Made by a program: the position numbers and the translations under genes
The notes under the pieces: generated by a model
The model's input: the letters and a program-made list of their open reading frames with translations, nothing else
What the model was told of the DNA's origin: nothing
The model's database searches: none
NCBI GenBank assembly: GCA_964499095.1
Contig: CAZCJF010000004.1
Location: 22,207 to 86,206 of the forward strand
DNA: 64,000 bases
Origin: an uncultured Ignavibacteriaceae bacterium
GTDB taxonomy: Bacteria; Bacteroidota; Ignavibacteria; Ignavibacteriales; Ignavibacteriaceae
Direction: 5' to 3'
Shown: piece after piece, positions 30,982 to 41,700 of the stretch
Layout of the letters: every line of letters begins with the position of its first letter
How positions within the stretch are numbered: position 1 is the stretch's first letter

Positions 30982-31737
30982 ATGCTTAATCTAAAATCTA
31001 AAGTTGTGTTGATTACAGGCGGTTCCAGAGGAATTGGAGCTGCTTGTGTAAAATATTTTTGTATGGCTGGTGCAAAAGTAGCGTTTACTTACAATACTAA
31101 TTCTGCTATTGCCGCAAGATTAGTTAAACGTTATCAGAATATTTCCAAATGCAAAGCCTATAAAGTTGATGTTACCAATAAGGAGGAGATAAAAAGTACT
31201 GTAAAATCTGTACTTAATGATTTTGGAAGAATTGATGTACTTGTAAACAATGCAGGTATCTGGAAGGAAGGTAAAATCCATAAATTAAGTTTGGAACATT
31301 GGGAAGAAACAATCAAAACTAATCTTACTTCTACTTATCTTTTTACTCATTATGTTGTTCCATCTATGAAAATTAAAAGAAGTGGAAGAATAATTAATAT
31401 TTCTTCAACTGCAGGGCAGAGAGGAGAGGCACATTATTCTCACTATGCAGCTTCAAAAGGCGGAATGATTTCTTTCACAAAGTCGTTAGCATCTGAACTT
31501 GGACCTTATAATATAACAGTCAACAGTGTTGCGCCCGGCTGGGTTTTAACCGATATGTCTGAAAAAGTTTTGGGCAATAAAAAATTACTGGAAGAAGAGT
31601 TGAAAAAAATTCCTCTGGGCAGAATTGCAACTGCAGATGATATCGCAGGTCCGGTATTATTTCTTGCATCAGACCTTGCAAGGCATATAAATGGGGAGAT
31701 ATTAAATGTAAATGGCGGCTCTGTTTTGGTAGGATAA
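30982..31737 (+). CDS. Short-chain dehydrogenase/reductase, FabG-like 3-oxoacyl-ACP reductase
   Basis: Start at MLNLKSKVVLITGGSRGIG (Rossmann TGxxxGIG). NNAG, catalytic YSHYAASKGG, and PGWV. Confidence 0.8.
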   Translation: MLNLKSKVVLITGGSRGIGAACVKYFCMAGAKVAFTYNTNSAIAARLVKRYQNISKCKAYKVDVTNKEEIKSTVKSVLNDFGRIDVLVNNAGIWKEGKIHKLSLEHWEETIKTNLTSTYLFTHYVVPSMKIKRSGRIINISSTAGQRGEAHYSHYAASKGGMISFTKSLASELGPYNITVNSVAPGWVLTDMSEKVLGNKKLLEEELKKIPLGRIATADDIAGPVLFLASDLARHINGEILNVNGGSVLVG

Positions 31738-31744
31738 ATTTGAT

Positions 31745-32188
31745 ATGGAATTTTTAGCAAACTTACATCACAAAGTAATTCATTTTCCCATTGCGTTCTT
31801 AATGGTTTATCCACTGATAGAAATTCTGGCTTTGACAACAGGGAAGGATTTCTTTGTAAAATCTGCCGGTGTTTTTTTACAGATTGGGACATTAGGATCT
31901 TTGGCAGCAGTCTTTACAGGCAATCAGGCTTTTACATTTATTAAAGAATGGCAAAATGAGAGCTTACAAGTGTTTGATTCGCATCAGACTTTTGCCTCCA
32001 TATCTGTTTGGTACTTTACAGGATTGCTTATTTTAAGAACATATTTGTCAATCAAAAAAAAACTTAATAAGAAAATATTAATTGTTTTTGTAATACTATC
32101 TTTAATAGGTGCATATTTAATTTTTCAAACGGCAAACTATGGCGGTGAACTGGCTAAAGAACGATTCAGAATTTCAGCTATTAACTAA
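31745..32188 (+). CDS. Small 4-TM membrane protein (DUF2231-like)
   Basis: 147 aa. HHKVIHFPIAFL N-terminus and four hydrophobic helices. Family assignment is tentative. Confidence 0.5.
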   Translation: MEFLANLHHKVIHFPIAFLMVYPLIEILALTTGKDFFVKSAGVFLQIGTLGSLAAVFTGNQAFTFIKEWQNESLQVFDSHQTFASISVWYFTGLLILRTYLSIKKKLNKKILIVFVILSLIGAYLIFQTANYGGELAKERFRISAIN

Positions 32189-32238
32189 AGAGATAATTTC
32201 TAAATTCAGTCAATCTTAATTTTATAATTAAATAAGTA

Positions 32239-32838
32239 ATGAAAACCAGATTATTAACTTTATCAATTATTTTTCTTTTCACTGCTTTAACTGTTTATGC
32301 AGAAAAACCACCATCCAGCAAAGCCACGGGTTTTTTCCTTGGATTTGGAGTTGGCCCACGTGTTCCGGTTGGTGATTTTGCTAAATCAACAGATATAGGA
32401 TATGGAGTTAAAGTAGAGTTCGCCTATACCGATAACGAAGTTTTGCCTGTTTTTCTTTTTGGCTCACTAGGGTATGAGCAATATCCGGGTTCACAAAATT
32501 TTTTCCAGGAAACGGATTACTCAAATTATCACACCAATTCTTTACCAATTAATTTGGGTGTAAGATATTACTTTCCGCCAATGCTTGAAAATATAGTTCT
32601 GCTAATGCCGATCGTTCAAGCATCATTTAATTATACCTATTACCAAAAACTACACGAGTTTGATCAGAATGCAGGAAGGAATAATTTTTTACAAGAAGAA
32701 TCAGGTGTTGGATTTAGTGCAGGAGTTGGTGTTTCCATGTTTATGATGGAGCTTCTTGCGGCATACAATTATACTAATGTAGATCAATTCATTTCATTTG
32801 ATTTAAAAGTTCGGATACCTTTATTCATAAGTATGTGA
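32239..32838 (+). CDS. Small outer-membrane beta-barrel protein
   Basis: Signal peptide MKTRLLTLSIIFLFTALTVYA. Alternating aromatic/Gly beta-strand pattern (GFFLGFGVG, GVKVEFAY, GVGFSAGVGVS). Confidence 0.55.
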   Translation: MKTRLLTLSIIFLFTALTVYAEKPPSSKATGFFLGFGVGPRVPVGDFAKSTDIGYGVKVEFAYTDNEVLPVFLFGSLGYEQYPGSQNFFQETDYSNYHTNSLPINLGVRYYFPPMLENIVLLMPIVQASFNYTYYQKLHEFDQNAGRNNFLQEESGVGFSAGVGVSMFMMELLAAYNYTNVDQFISFDLKVRIPLFISM

Positions 32839-32845
32839 GGTTAAA

Positions 32846-33628
32846 ATGGAATTCAAGAATCTTTTACTGGATATCAAAGAAAAAATTGCTGTTGTTACAA
32901 TAAATAGACCTGATAAACTTAATGCTCTTAATAACGAGACTTTATCAGAGCTTCAATCTCTTTTTAATATTCTTAAATACGATGAAAATGTTTATGTGAT
33001 AATTTTAACCGGCAGCGGAGAAAAAGCTTTTGTTGCTGGTGCTGATATTTCAGAATTAAATAAACTTAATATGCTTGAAGCAAAAAAGTTTGCTGAGTTT
33101 GGGCAAGGTGTTTTTACTTGTATCGAAGAGTTTGAAAAACCTGTAATTGCAGCCGTTAATGGATTTGCTTTAGGTGGCGGATGTGAACTTGCTTTGGCTT
33201 GTCATATCAGGCTTGCAAGTGATAATGCAAAATTTGGTCAGCCGGAAGTTAATCTTGGTATCATTCCCGGATATGGAGGAACGCAACGGCTTGCAAGAAT
33301 TGTAAATACCGGTAGAGCAATGGAGATGATTTTAACAGGCGATTTAGTGGATGCAAATACAGCATATGAAATTGGTTTGGTAAATAAGGTTTATCAGCAA
33401 TCCGATCTTTTAAGTAAAGCCTGGGAAATTGCAGCTAAAATTGCAAGCAAAGGACAGATTGCAATTAAGTTTGCCATAAAAGCTGTTAATTCATCAAAGC
33501 AGCTTTCGTTAAGAGAAGGACAGAATATCGAAGCAAGTCTTTTTGCTTTATGCTGCGGTACAGATGATTTTAAAGAAGGCACCTCGGCATTTTTAGAAAA
33601 GAGAAAACCAGTTTTTAAGAATAGTTAA
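32846..33628 (+). CDS. Enoyl-CoA hydratase (crotonase family)
   Basis: 260 aa. ITINRPDKLNAL, FVAGADI, GFALGGGCELALACH, and EGTSAFLEKRKP. Confidence 0.88.
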   Translation: MEFKNLLLDIKEKIAVVTINRPDKLNALNNETLSELQSLFNILKYDENVYVIILTGSGEKAFVAGADISELNKLNMLEAKKFAEFGQGVFTCIEEFEKPVIAAVNGFALGGGCELALACHIRLASDNAKFGQPEVNLGIIPGYGGTQRLARIVNTGRAMEMILTGDLVDANTAYEIGLVNKVYQQSDLLSKAWEIAAKIASKGQIAIKFAIKAVNSSKQLSLREGQNIEASLFALCCGTDDFKEGTSAFLEKRKPVFKNS

Positions 33629-33641
33629 GATTTATTTCATA

Positions 33642-34661
33642 ATGTTTAATTCTGAGTTACTGAAAAAAACCGCGACTGTACTTTTTGTGCTTGTTATAAT
33701 TTTGTTAGTTATTAATGTACTTGTTTCAAAATTTATTGCACCTGCAGAAATTCCAAAGACAAGAGAAGTACTTAGCGGAATTGAAATAGATAAAATTTTT
33801 AATATAGCATTAAATAATTATGGGCTTTATGATGAATGGATTGTGCCAAAGAAATTAAAAAACTTTTCCGGTGATTCTCTTTACAAAACATATTCTATAT
33901 CTATCCCTAAAAATTTACCAGTTCACTTAATCTTATTAGAATTACAGGAGCTTTTCTGGAATGACGATGTTGTGATACAATCTGAAGAAATTAAAAAGGC
34001 TAACAAAGCTATTCTGAAAATTTACTCTGAAGATAAACTTAAACTTGCTGCTGAAATTCTTTATGATGATAAAATAAAAAGAGAATATGGTACTATCGCT
34101 TTTCTTGTGGCAGGAAGATTTACAGAAAATGACACCAAACTTTTAGAACTGTTAAAAATTCCTGAGCTTTATTATCTGGTATTAATCCCATCATCTGATT
34201 CTAAAAAGATTCTGCCTGTAATTTCTCGTGCAGGTAAAAGATATGCACTGTTACTAAACGATGATATTACAGAACTTGATTATAAACTGGCAGAAAATTA
34301 TTCTGAAGACAGACTAAAAAGATCGATAAGAGAAATTGTCGGAACATTTCACAGCGCATTATTTTTTATTGTGGATGATAAATCGGATTTAAGTGAGTCA
34401 TCAAAATTCAAGTTTATTGAAAGTGAGTTACTAAAACGAAAAATATTTTTAGCAAAGAAAAGTGCATTTTATGAATTAAATTCAAATGACATTAATGTTG
34501 AAGGTAAATTTAACGAGTTCGTAAAAACATTAAGCAGAAAAGATGAGAAAATATTATTTGTCAGTTCCGATGAATATTTAACACTTGCACAAATTATTCC
34601 GGCTTACAGAAAAATAGGTTACAAGTTTATTTATCCCGGAGATATTGTTATTAAAAGATAG
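33642..34661 (+). CDS. Membrane-anchored protein of unknown function
   Basis: 339 aa. A single N-terminal TM (TVLFVLVIILLVINVLV) and no recognisable catalytic motif. Confidence 0.5.
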   Translation: MFNSELLKKTATVLFVLVIILLVINVLVSKFIAPAEIPKTREVLSGIEIDKIFNIALNNYGLYDEWIVPKKLKNFSGDSLYKTYSISIPKNLPVHLILLELQELFWNDDVVIQSEEIKKANKAILKIYSEDKLKLAAEILYDDKIKREYGTIAFLVAGRFTENDTKLLELLKIPELYYLVLIPSSDSKKILPVISRAGKRYALLLNDDITELDYKLAENYSEDRLKRSIREIVGTFHSALFFIVDDKSDLSESSKFKFIESELLKRKIFLAKKSAFYELNSNDINVEGKFNEFVKTLSRKDEKILFVSSDEYLTLAQIIPAYRKIGYKFIYPGDIVIKR

Positions 34662-36020
34662 TTATAAAACATTTCCTTCGATATCTGTTTCACAATACTC
34701 AACATTCAAATCATCCAATTGCTGTTTAATCACATTTTTATCACCAACAAGAACTATAGTATAATTTTCATCTAAAAATTTTGATGCTGCATCGTCTACC
34801 TGAGTCTTATCAACAGAATTTATTTTGTATATGTACTTATCAAAGTAATCATCTGGCAGATTGAAAAACACCTGTGTTGAAATACTCCCAACAATCTGCC
34901 GGTATGTTTCAAAATGCATTGGGAATTTTTTTGTAATAGAAGACTTTGCAAAATTAACTTCTTTTTGAGTAATTCCGTTTTTTATTTCATTAAGTTCATA
35001 TTCAATTTCATTAAGAGCTTTAACTGTATTCTCCTTTCCAACGGAAGTTGATATCTGAAAATATGCAGCATCTTTTAAATACCTGAAACTCGAATTTGCT
35101 CCGTATGTAAATCCATTTTTTTCACGTAGGTTTAAATTAATACGACTTGTAAATTGTCCGCCGAGTATCGTGTTTAATAATAGTCTTTGAAAATAATCGT
35201 TCATTGATCTTGGCGGAGTAATGTGACCAACTCTTATTTCGGTTTGCACAGAATCTGCTTTATGATTTATGAAAATTTTCTTCGTAGATTTTGGGAAAGA
35301 TTGGTTCTCAGTACTATCATTATTTAGATTTTTCCAACCAATAAGATATTTTTCCAGAAGTTTGAATAATTCCTGTGTTTCAATGTTTCCGGCAATTATC
35401 AGAAAAGAATTTTTTGGTAAAAAATAATTTTTATAATGACTCAGGCAATTTTTTAATTCAATATTTGGTACTGAATTTTCTAATCCCATTACAGGGAATG
35501 CATATCCGTTATTTCCTCCAAAAATCACTCTCTCAAATATCTGATCAGCAATAATTTCAGGTTCATCTTTACTTTGAATTATTCGGGTAAAAAGTTTTTT
35601 CTTTTCTCTTTCAAAATCCTCCGGCTCAAATTTGGGATGCAAGAGAACCTTAGAAAACAATTCAAAAGATTTTTCAAAATTTTCAGTTAGTGATTGAAGC
35701 GTCAGATTTATTGAATCCGAATCAGTAGATATGTTGAAACCTGTGCCCATCAAATCGAATTCATCGCTAAGCTGCAAAGCAGAATATTCTCCGGCACCTT
35801 CATCAATTACCATTGATGTTAAGTATGCCAACCCTTTTTTATTCTCGGGGTCAAATCTGCTTCCGGCATTAACCACAAGACTTAATCTTACAAGCGGCAA
35901 TTTATCTTTTTTAATAAAATAAACCCGCAGCCCATTCTGCAGCAATAATTTTTCAATTTCCGGAGGATTAAACTTCAAAGTCTGGGGCATTTCAGGTTTG
36001 ATTTTTCTATCTAATATCAT
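34662..36020 (-). CDS. M16-family peptidase, non-catalytic (beta-like) subunit
   Basis: M16 fold pattern but no HxxEH motif. Start taken at MILDRK, 1 nt after the upstream stop. The track ORF extends to 36053. Confidence 0.75.
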   Translation of the reverse strand: MILDRKIKPEMPQTLKFNPPEIEKLLLQNGLRVYFIKKDKLPLVRLSLVVNAGSRFDPENKKGLAYLTSMVIDEGAGEYSALQLSDEFDLMGTGFNISTDSDSINLTLQSLTENFEKSFELFSKVLLHPKFEPEDFEREKKKLFTRIIQSKDEPEIIADQIFERVIFGGNNGYAFPVMGLENSVPNIELKNCLSHYKNYFLPKNSFLIIAGNIETQELFKLLEKYLIGWKNLNNDSTENQSFPKSTKKIFINHKADSVQTEIRVGHITPPRSMNDYFQRLLLNTILGGQFTSRINLNLREKNGFTYGANSSFRYLKDAAYFQISTSVGKENTVKALNEIEYELNEIKNGITQKEVNFAKSSITKKFPMHFETYRQIVGSISTQVFFNLPDDYFDKYIYKINSVDKTQVDDAASKFLDENYTIVLVGDKNVIKQQLDDLNVEYCETDIEGNVL

Positions 36021-36021
36021 T

Positions 36022-37287
36022 TTATTTTTCTTTCGGGATGATTCTAAGTTCAACGTATGGTTTTGTTAAATATTTCTTAACTGATTCTCTGATCATATTT
36101 TCATCAACAAGATTATAACGGTTTAAATCAAATTGAAATGAACTGGGCTTATTGAGATAGAAATTATAGTGGTTAAGATAATCAGCAACTGTATCCAGGT
36201 TTTGCATGGAATAAACAAAATTAGCCTTTATTCCATTTTTTGATTTTTCCAATTCTTTTGTTTGTATGCCCTTAACGATAATGTCATTAATCTCATCAAA
36301 AATTACCTGTTTGATTTGATCGAGCGACACACCTTCTCTTGCAGTTGATATAATCATAAAATGACCACCGAATTTTCCTGAATGCTGATATGCCATCACA
36401 TCCTGCGAAATTTGCAAATCAAAAACTAGTTTTTTGTATAGGCGTGAATTTTTGGATCCTGACAGAATATCTGCTGCCACCTCTAATGCGGCATCATCAT
36501 TTCCAAAAATGAAATCAGTTGGCCACGCGAGATGAATTCTGTCCAATTGCACATTATCTCTGTGTTCGATATCAATATTTTTTTCGAGTGATACAAAATT
36601 GGTTGAAACTGTTTCAATCGAATTAAAAGAAGGTATAGGTTCAAAATATTTTTTAAGCAGGTTTATTGCATTATCATCTTCAAAATCACCCGCAATTACT
36701 ATTGTGGCATTATCAGGGGAATAATATTTTCTGAAAAAATTACTCACATCGTCCAAAGAGTAACTCTCAATATCTTTAAGGAATCCAATGGTTGACCAAC
36801 TGTAAGGATGATTTTCCGGATAAAGATTTGTGATAAGCAGTTCCCACGCTAATCCGTAAGGTTGATTCTCATACCTTTCAAGTCGTTCATTTTTTACAAC
36901 CTCTTTTTGATTATCAAGCTTCTCCTGAGTCAGAGCAGGGAGCAGAAAGCCCATTCTGTCAGATTCAAGCCACAATGCTAGTTCAAGACTGTTTGCCGGA
37001 AGCTTCTCATAGTAATTTGTTCGGTCTGTTGTGGTTGATCCATTCAAAGTGCCACCGGCTTCCTGTATTAATCTGAAGTGCATTTCCTTAGGAACATTTT
37101 CCGAACCCTGAAACATAATATGTTCAAAAAAATGTGCAAGACCGGTTTTACCTTTTCTTTCAAACGCTGATCCTACTTTATACCAGATGTTTACAGCAAC
37201 CAGCGGGATGGATTTATCCTGATAAAGTATGTACTCAAGACCGTTTTTTAATTTTCCTTTTGTGCAGTTTAAGTCGAGATGATTCAA
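36022..37287 (-). CDS. M16-family zinc peptidase, catalytic subunit (pitrilysin-like)
   Basis: Inverted zinc motif HFFEHIMFQGS (HxxEH) and a downstream NERLERYEN glutamate region. Confidence 0.85.
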   Translation of the reverse strand: MNHLDLNCTKGKLKNGLEYILYQDKSIPLVAVNIWYKVGSAFERKGKTGLAHFFEHIMFQGSENVPKEMHFRLIQEAGGTLNGSTTTDRTNYYEKLPANSLELALWLESDRMGFLLPALTQEKLDNQKEVVKNERLERYENQPYGLAWELLITNLYPENHPYSWSTIGFLKDIESYSLDDVSNFFRKYYSPDNATIVIAGDFEDDNAINLLKKYFEPIPSFNSIETVSTNFVSLEKNIDIEHRDNVQLDRIHLAWPTDFIFGNDDAALEVAADILSGSKNSRLYKKLVFDLQISQDVMAYQHSGKFGGHFMIISTAREGVSLDQIKQVIFDEINDIIVKGIQTKELEKSKNGIKANFVYSMQNLDTVADYLNHYNFYLNKPSSFQFDLNRYNLVDENMIRESVKKYLTKPYVELRIIPKEK

Positions 37288-37295
37288 TTACGCCC

Positions 37296-38525
37296 TTAAT
37301 ATTTTTTTAATACAAATTTTATGTTTTCTAAATTACCATCAATTTTTTGGTTGGGAAATATACCTAATAAATCTGCGAGAAGCGGATATATATCAATATT
37401 ATTTAATGTGCCGGTTTTATAACCTTTCTTAAAGTCAGGACCAATTGCAAAGAAAATTCCGTGCATGTCTAAATAATTATTATCATAACCGTGATTTCCA
37501 CCGGAGTAATTTGAAGAATATTTTTTTAAGTCCTTGTCTGTTACTAAACTCCAGCCAGGATCTGCGACTAAAATTAAATCCGGAATGATATAGCTTTCAG
37601 AAAAATGAAAGTAATCAGGCATTTCAGTTTTTTTATAAATCTTAAAGTTTCTTTCTGATTTCTTTAAAGTGTTGTAAACTTTATCTGTTAGTTCTTTAGC
37701 AGGCAACAGGTACATTACCGGACCCATATCCCAGTAAGTGCAGTCAATTCCATTTAACAGTTCTTGCACGTTAATAATTTTGTTACTGCTTATATCTGTC
37801 ATACCGTGATCAGAAACTATAATGATGTTTGTGCTGTCAATTAAATTAATATTTTTAAGCCCCTCAAAAAGTTTCCCGATCAGGCTATCAAGTTTCATTA
37901 TGCTAAAATTTATTTCCAAAGAATTTGTTCCGAAATTATGACCGTAAGTATCAGTCGCATCAAAATACATTGTTATCAACCGTGGTCTATCTGTATAAGG
38001 AAGTTTAAGCCAGTTTATCACACCGTCAATTCTTAATTTGTAGTCTTTCATATGCTCATATTTTTCATAATAATCCGGACGACGGGAAATTTGATTTACT
38101 TCTGAGCCGGGCCAAAAATAGCTGGCAGTTTTTACCCCTTGTCTTCTTGCGGTTTCCCAAATGGCTTCGCCTTTATACCATTCAGGATTTCTGACCGCTG
38201 CTGTATCACCAACTTTAAAAATTTTACCATTTATCGGATTAATAAAATTATTTGCAATAATTCCATGATTTTGTGGATATAATCCTGTTACTATAGTATA
38301 GTGATTAGGAAAGGTCTTTGATGGGAAAGAAGGCTTTAATGATAAAGCAGAAACTCCATTGTTCTTTATATAATCCAGATTCGTTGATATTCCCCGATTA
38401 GCATAATCCCATCTGAATCCATCAAAAGAAATCAAGATAGCGTAACTACTATTTTGTCCGACAGCTATTTTGGCGAATAAAAAGAGAAATGCAGATATAA
38501 CTAAAAATTTTGATAGAGCCTTCAT
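37296..38525 (-). CDS. Secreted nucleotide pyrophosphatase/phosphodiesterase (NPP, alkaline-phosphatase superfamily)
   Basis: Signal peptide. ILISFDGFRWDY, the nucleophile region PSKTFPNHYTIVTGLYPQNHGI, SDHGM, and GNHGYDN. Confidence 0.85.
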   Translation of the reverse strand: MKALSKFLVISAFLFLFAKIAVGQNSSYAILISFDGFRWDYANRGISTNLDYIKNNGVSALSLKPSFPSKTFPNHYTIVTGLYPQNHGIIANNFINPINGKIFKVGDTAAVRNPEWYKGEAIWETARRQGVKTASYFWPGSEVNQISRRPDYYEKYEHMKDYKLRIDGVINWLKLPYTDRPRLITMYFDATDTYGHNFGTNSLEINFSIMKLDSLIGKLFEGLKNINLIDSTNIIIVSDHGMTDISSNKIINVQELLNGIDCTYWDMGPVMYLLPAKELTDKVYNTLKKSERNFKIYKKTEMPDYFHFSESYIIPDLILVADPGWSLVTDKDLKKYSSNYSGGNHGYDNNYLDMHGIFFAIGPDFKKGYKTGTLNNIDIYPLLADLLGIFPNQKIDGNLENIKFVLKKY

Positions 38526-38792
38526 AATTCTATCCCCGTGTGAAAAATGTAAAATTTAGCCACTTAAATATCTTCAAAAGTCAAATAAATTTAAAAATCA
38601 AGTTTTATTGAAATATTAAATAAATATTATTTTTAAAAATTTACGATCTAATGCTTGCATTAAAAAAGGTTTACTTAGATATTTCCAATGCTAATTATGG
38701 ATTCTTTTTCTATAAAGCTTTGCTATGCAAGTATATCTACATAATAAACTATTCTTAAATATCTTATCCCTTAATAATTTCAAGGAGAAATC

Positions 38793-41700
38793 ATGATAAA
38801 AAGATACTCTTTCCTATCATTCTTCTTGCTGATTTTAGTAACAATCTTTTTGGCGCAGGGCAGTTCTTTTGCGCAAGGTGTTACTACCTCAGCTATGAAT
38901 GGAACAGTAGTAGATGCAAAAGGTGATCCATTACCTGGTGCAAATATTATTGCGGTTCATACTCCATCAGGAACCCAGTATGGTACAACCTCTCGTGTTG
39001 ATGGAAAGTATAACTTAAACGGATTAAGGACCGGTGGTCCTTACCTGGTAACAGTTTCTTTTGTGGGCTATAAACCACAGGAGTCAGAGATTCCCGCTCT
39101 TCAATTAGGTCAAAACCTTAGAGTTGATTTTACCCTTTTTGAAGAAGCAGTTGAATTGGGTGATATCACTGTTGTAGGCGAGAAAAACACAATTCTTTCC
39201 AGCAACAGAACAGGTGCTTCACAGAACGTTACTGCAAGAGATATTCAATTAGTTCCTTCTATCGGAAAGAATTTTGGAGACCTTGCAAAACTTTCTCCAC
39301 AAGCAAGTGGTAATAGCAGCTCTGTGGCAGGAAGAAACAATCGTTACAACAACATTCAGATTGATGGTACTCAGTACAACGATTTGTTTGGTCTTGGTGC
39401 AACCGGAGCTCCCGGTGGTCAGACAGGAACCAATCCAATAAGTATCGACGCTATTCAGGAGTTTCAGGTTATCGTTGCTCCTTACGACGTGAAATACGGT
39501 AGTTTTACTGGCGGCGGACTTAATGCTATAACAAGAAGCGGTACCAACAAATGGACAGGATCTATTTTCGGTTATGGAAGAAACCAGGATTTAGTTGGTA
39601 AAGGTGCATTTATAACAGATAATCCAAATACACCAAACAATGAGCAAGATTATCCTGAGTTCAAAGAATATGCTGCCGGTTTCAGACTCGGTGGTCCGAT
39701 AATCAAGGACAAATTGTTCTTATTCGCAAATGGTGAAATAACCAGAAAAGAACAGCCGCTTTCTAATATTTCATTAGTTACAGGTCCATCTACAGCGGCT
39801 AGTCTTGGTGATCAATTCAAGAATATACTTAGTTCAAAAGGTATGGATGCCGGAACTTATGGTGCTACAACTCTTGAACAGCCAAGTGACAAATTTTTCT
39901 TCAGATTGGATTTTAACCAATCAGAAAATCATAAATTTACATTAAGACATAATGTTGTTCACTCTTATAATGATATACTTGCAAGCAGAAATGCTAATAC
40001 CCAATTATCTTTTAGTACACTTGCTTACAGAATCAGAAATATAACCAACTCTACTGTTCTTCAGGTAAACAGTACCTTTGGTAATAATTTTTCTAACGAA
40101 TTAATTCTTGGTTTTACTTCTATAAGAGATAGAAGAGCTGGTATAACGGATAAACGTCCTGAAGTAAGAATTATGAGAGAGGACGTTCTTTTAATTGCCG
40201 GACCGGACAGATTCTCTTCAGCAAACGAACTCGATCAGGATGTTTTCGAATTCACTAATAACTTTTCAGCTTATCTTGGAAACCACGTTATAACCGTTGG
40301 AACACATAACGAATTCTTTAATTTCAGAAATTTATTTATCAGATCATTCTATGGGTATTATGAATTCAATACATTGGCTGATTTGCAAAACAACAACCCT
40401 AGTTACTATCAAAGAGTATTTTCTCAGATTCCTGGCGTAGAAAAACCTGCAGCAAGATTTAGTGTTAATCAGCTTGGTTTTTACGTACAGGATGAATGGA
40501 CAGTTGTTCCAACTCTAAAACTTACAGCCGGTGTAAGGATGGATGTTCCGTTTTTACCAATCAAACCTGATTTCAATCCTCTGGTTTCAGAAAACTTCCC
40601 CGGCATCAGCACTGCTGATGTACCAAGTGGAAACATAATGTTTTCACCAAGATTTGGTTTTAACTGGGATGTGTTTGGTAACAGAACTACTCAGTTACGC
40701 GGCGGTGTTGGTATGTTCACAGGTCGTATCCCTTATGTCTGGATGTCGAACAATTATGGAAATACAGGAACTTTGATTGCTGAGGTTAACGGAAGCGGCA
40801 CTGCTTTAGGTTTTTCAGTTGATCCATTTAATCAACCCGGAGTTGGCGATCCTGGAACAGGAGCTCCAAGAGTAAGATCAGAAATCGATCTTGTCGATCC
40901 TGAATTCAAATGGCCTCAAATCTTAAGAGCAAATCTTGGTATAGATCAGGAATTACCATGGAACATAATCGGTACTGTTGAATTTATGTATTCTAAATCA
41001 ATTAATGATTTGGTTTATGAAAAATTAAATCTCAATCCTGCTACAGGTACTATACCTGGTGAGTCCGGAAGACCTTTATATGGTGGTACAAATAGTTATG
41101 GCAGCAGATACTTTGATGTTTTATTGTTAAAGAACACTGATGAGGGCTATCAATACAATCTTTCTGTTCAGCTTCAAAGAAGCGTTGCTTTAGGTTTATC
41201 CTTTAATTTAGGATACACTTATGGTGTTGCAAAAGATATAAACAGCGTTCTCTCATCTCAGGCACAGTCACAAATAAGATTCAATCCTATTTCAGGCGAT
41301 CCTAACAAACCGCCTTTAACATATTCAAGCTTTGACCTTGGACATAGAGGATTTGCATCTGTTTCTTACTCATACGAATTCTTTGCCAATTCACCAACAA
41401 CAATTTCATTCTTCTACAATATCCAGTCAGGTAAAAGATTCTCCTTTACTGTTAATGGAGATCTGAATAATGACGGGTTGAATGGAAACGATTTGTTCTA
41501 CATTCCTGCTAATGAGAGTGACATATTAGTTGGTGCAGTTACTGGTGGAGTTTATGTTGAGAATGCAACTCAAAAGGCAGAACTCTTTGACTTTATTAAC
41601 AATAACGAATACTTATCTGGTAATAAAGGTAAGATGTCGGAGAGAAATGCAACAAGAGCTCCTTGGAACGACTTACTTGACGTAAGAGTATCACAGGCTG

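Noticed and set aside
38652-38759. 35-codon ORF (MLALKKVYLDISNANYGFFFYKALLCKYIYIINYS) in the spacer upstream of the TonB-dependent receptor, considered as a possible leader peptide.
   Set aside because: No Shine-Dalgarno-like sequence. The composition is typical of random AT-rich DNA. No recognisable motif.
38526-38792. Possible riboswitch (for example cobalamin or other cofactor) in the 267-bp leader of the TonB-dependent receptor.
   Set aside because: The region is uniformly AT-rich with no GC-rich conserved core or multi-stem structure visible. Nothing resembles known riboswitch cores by eye.
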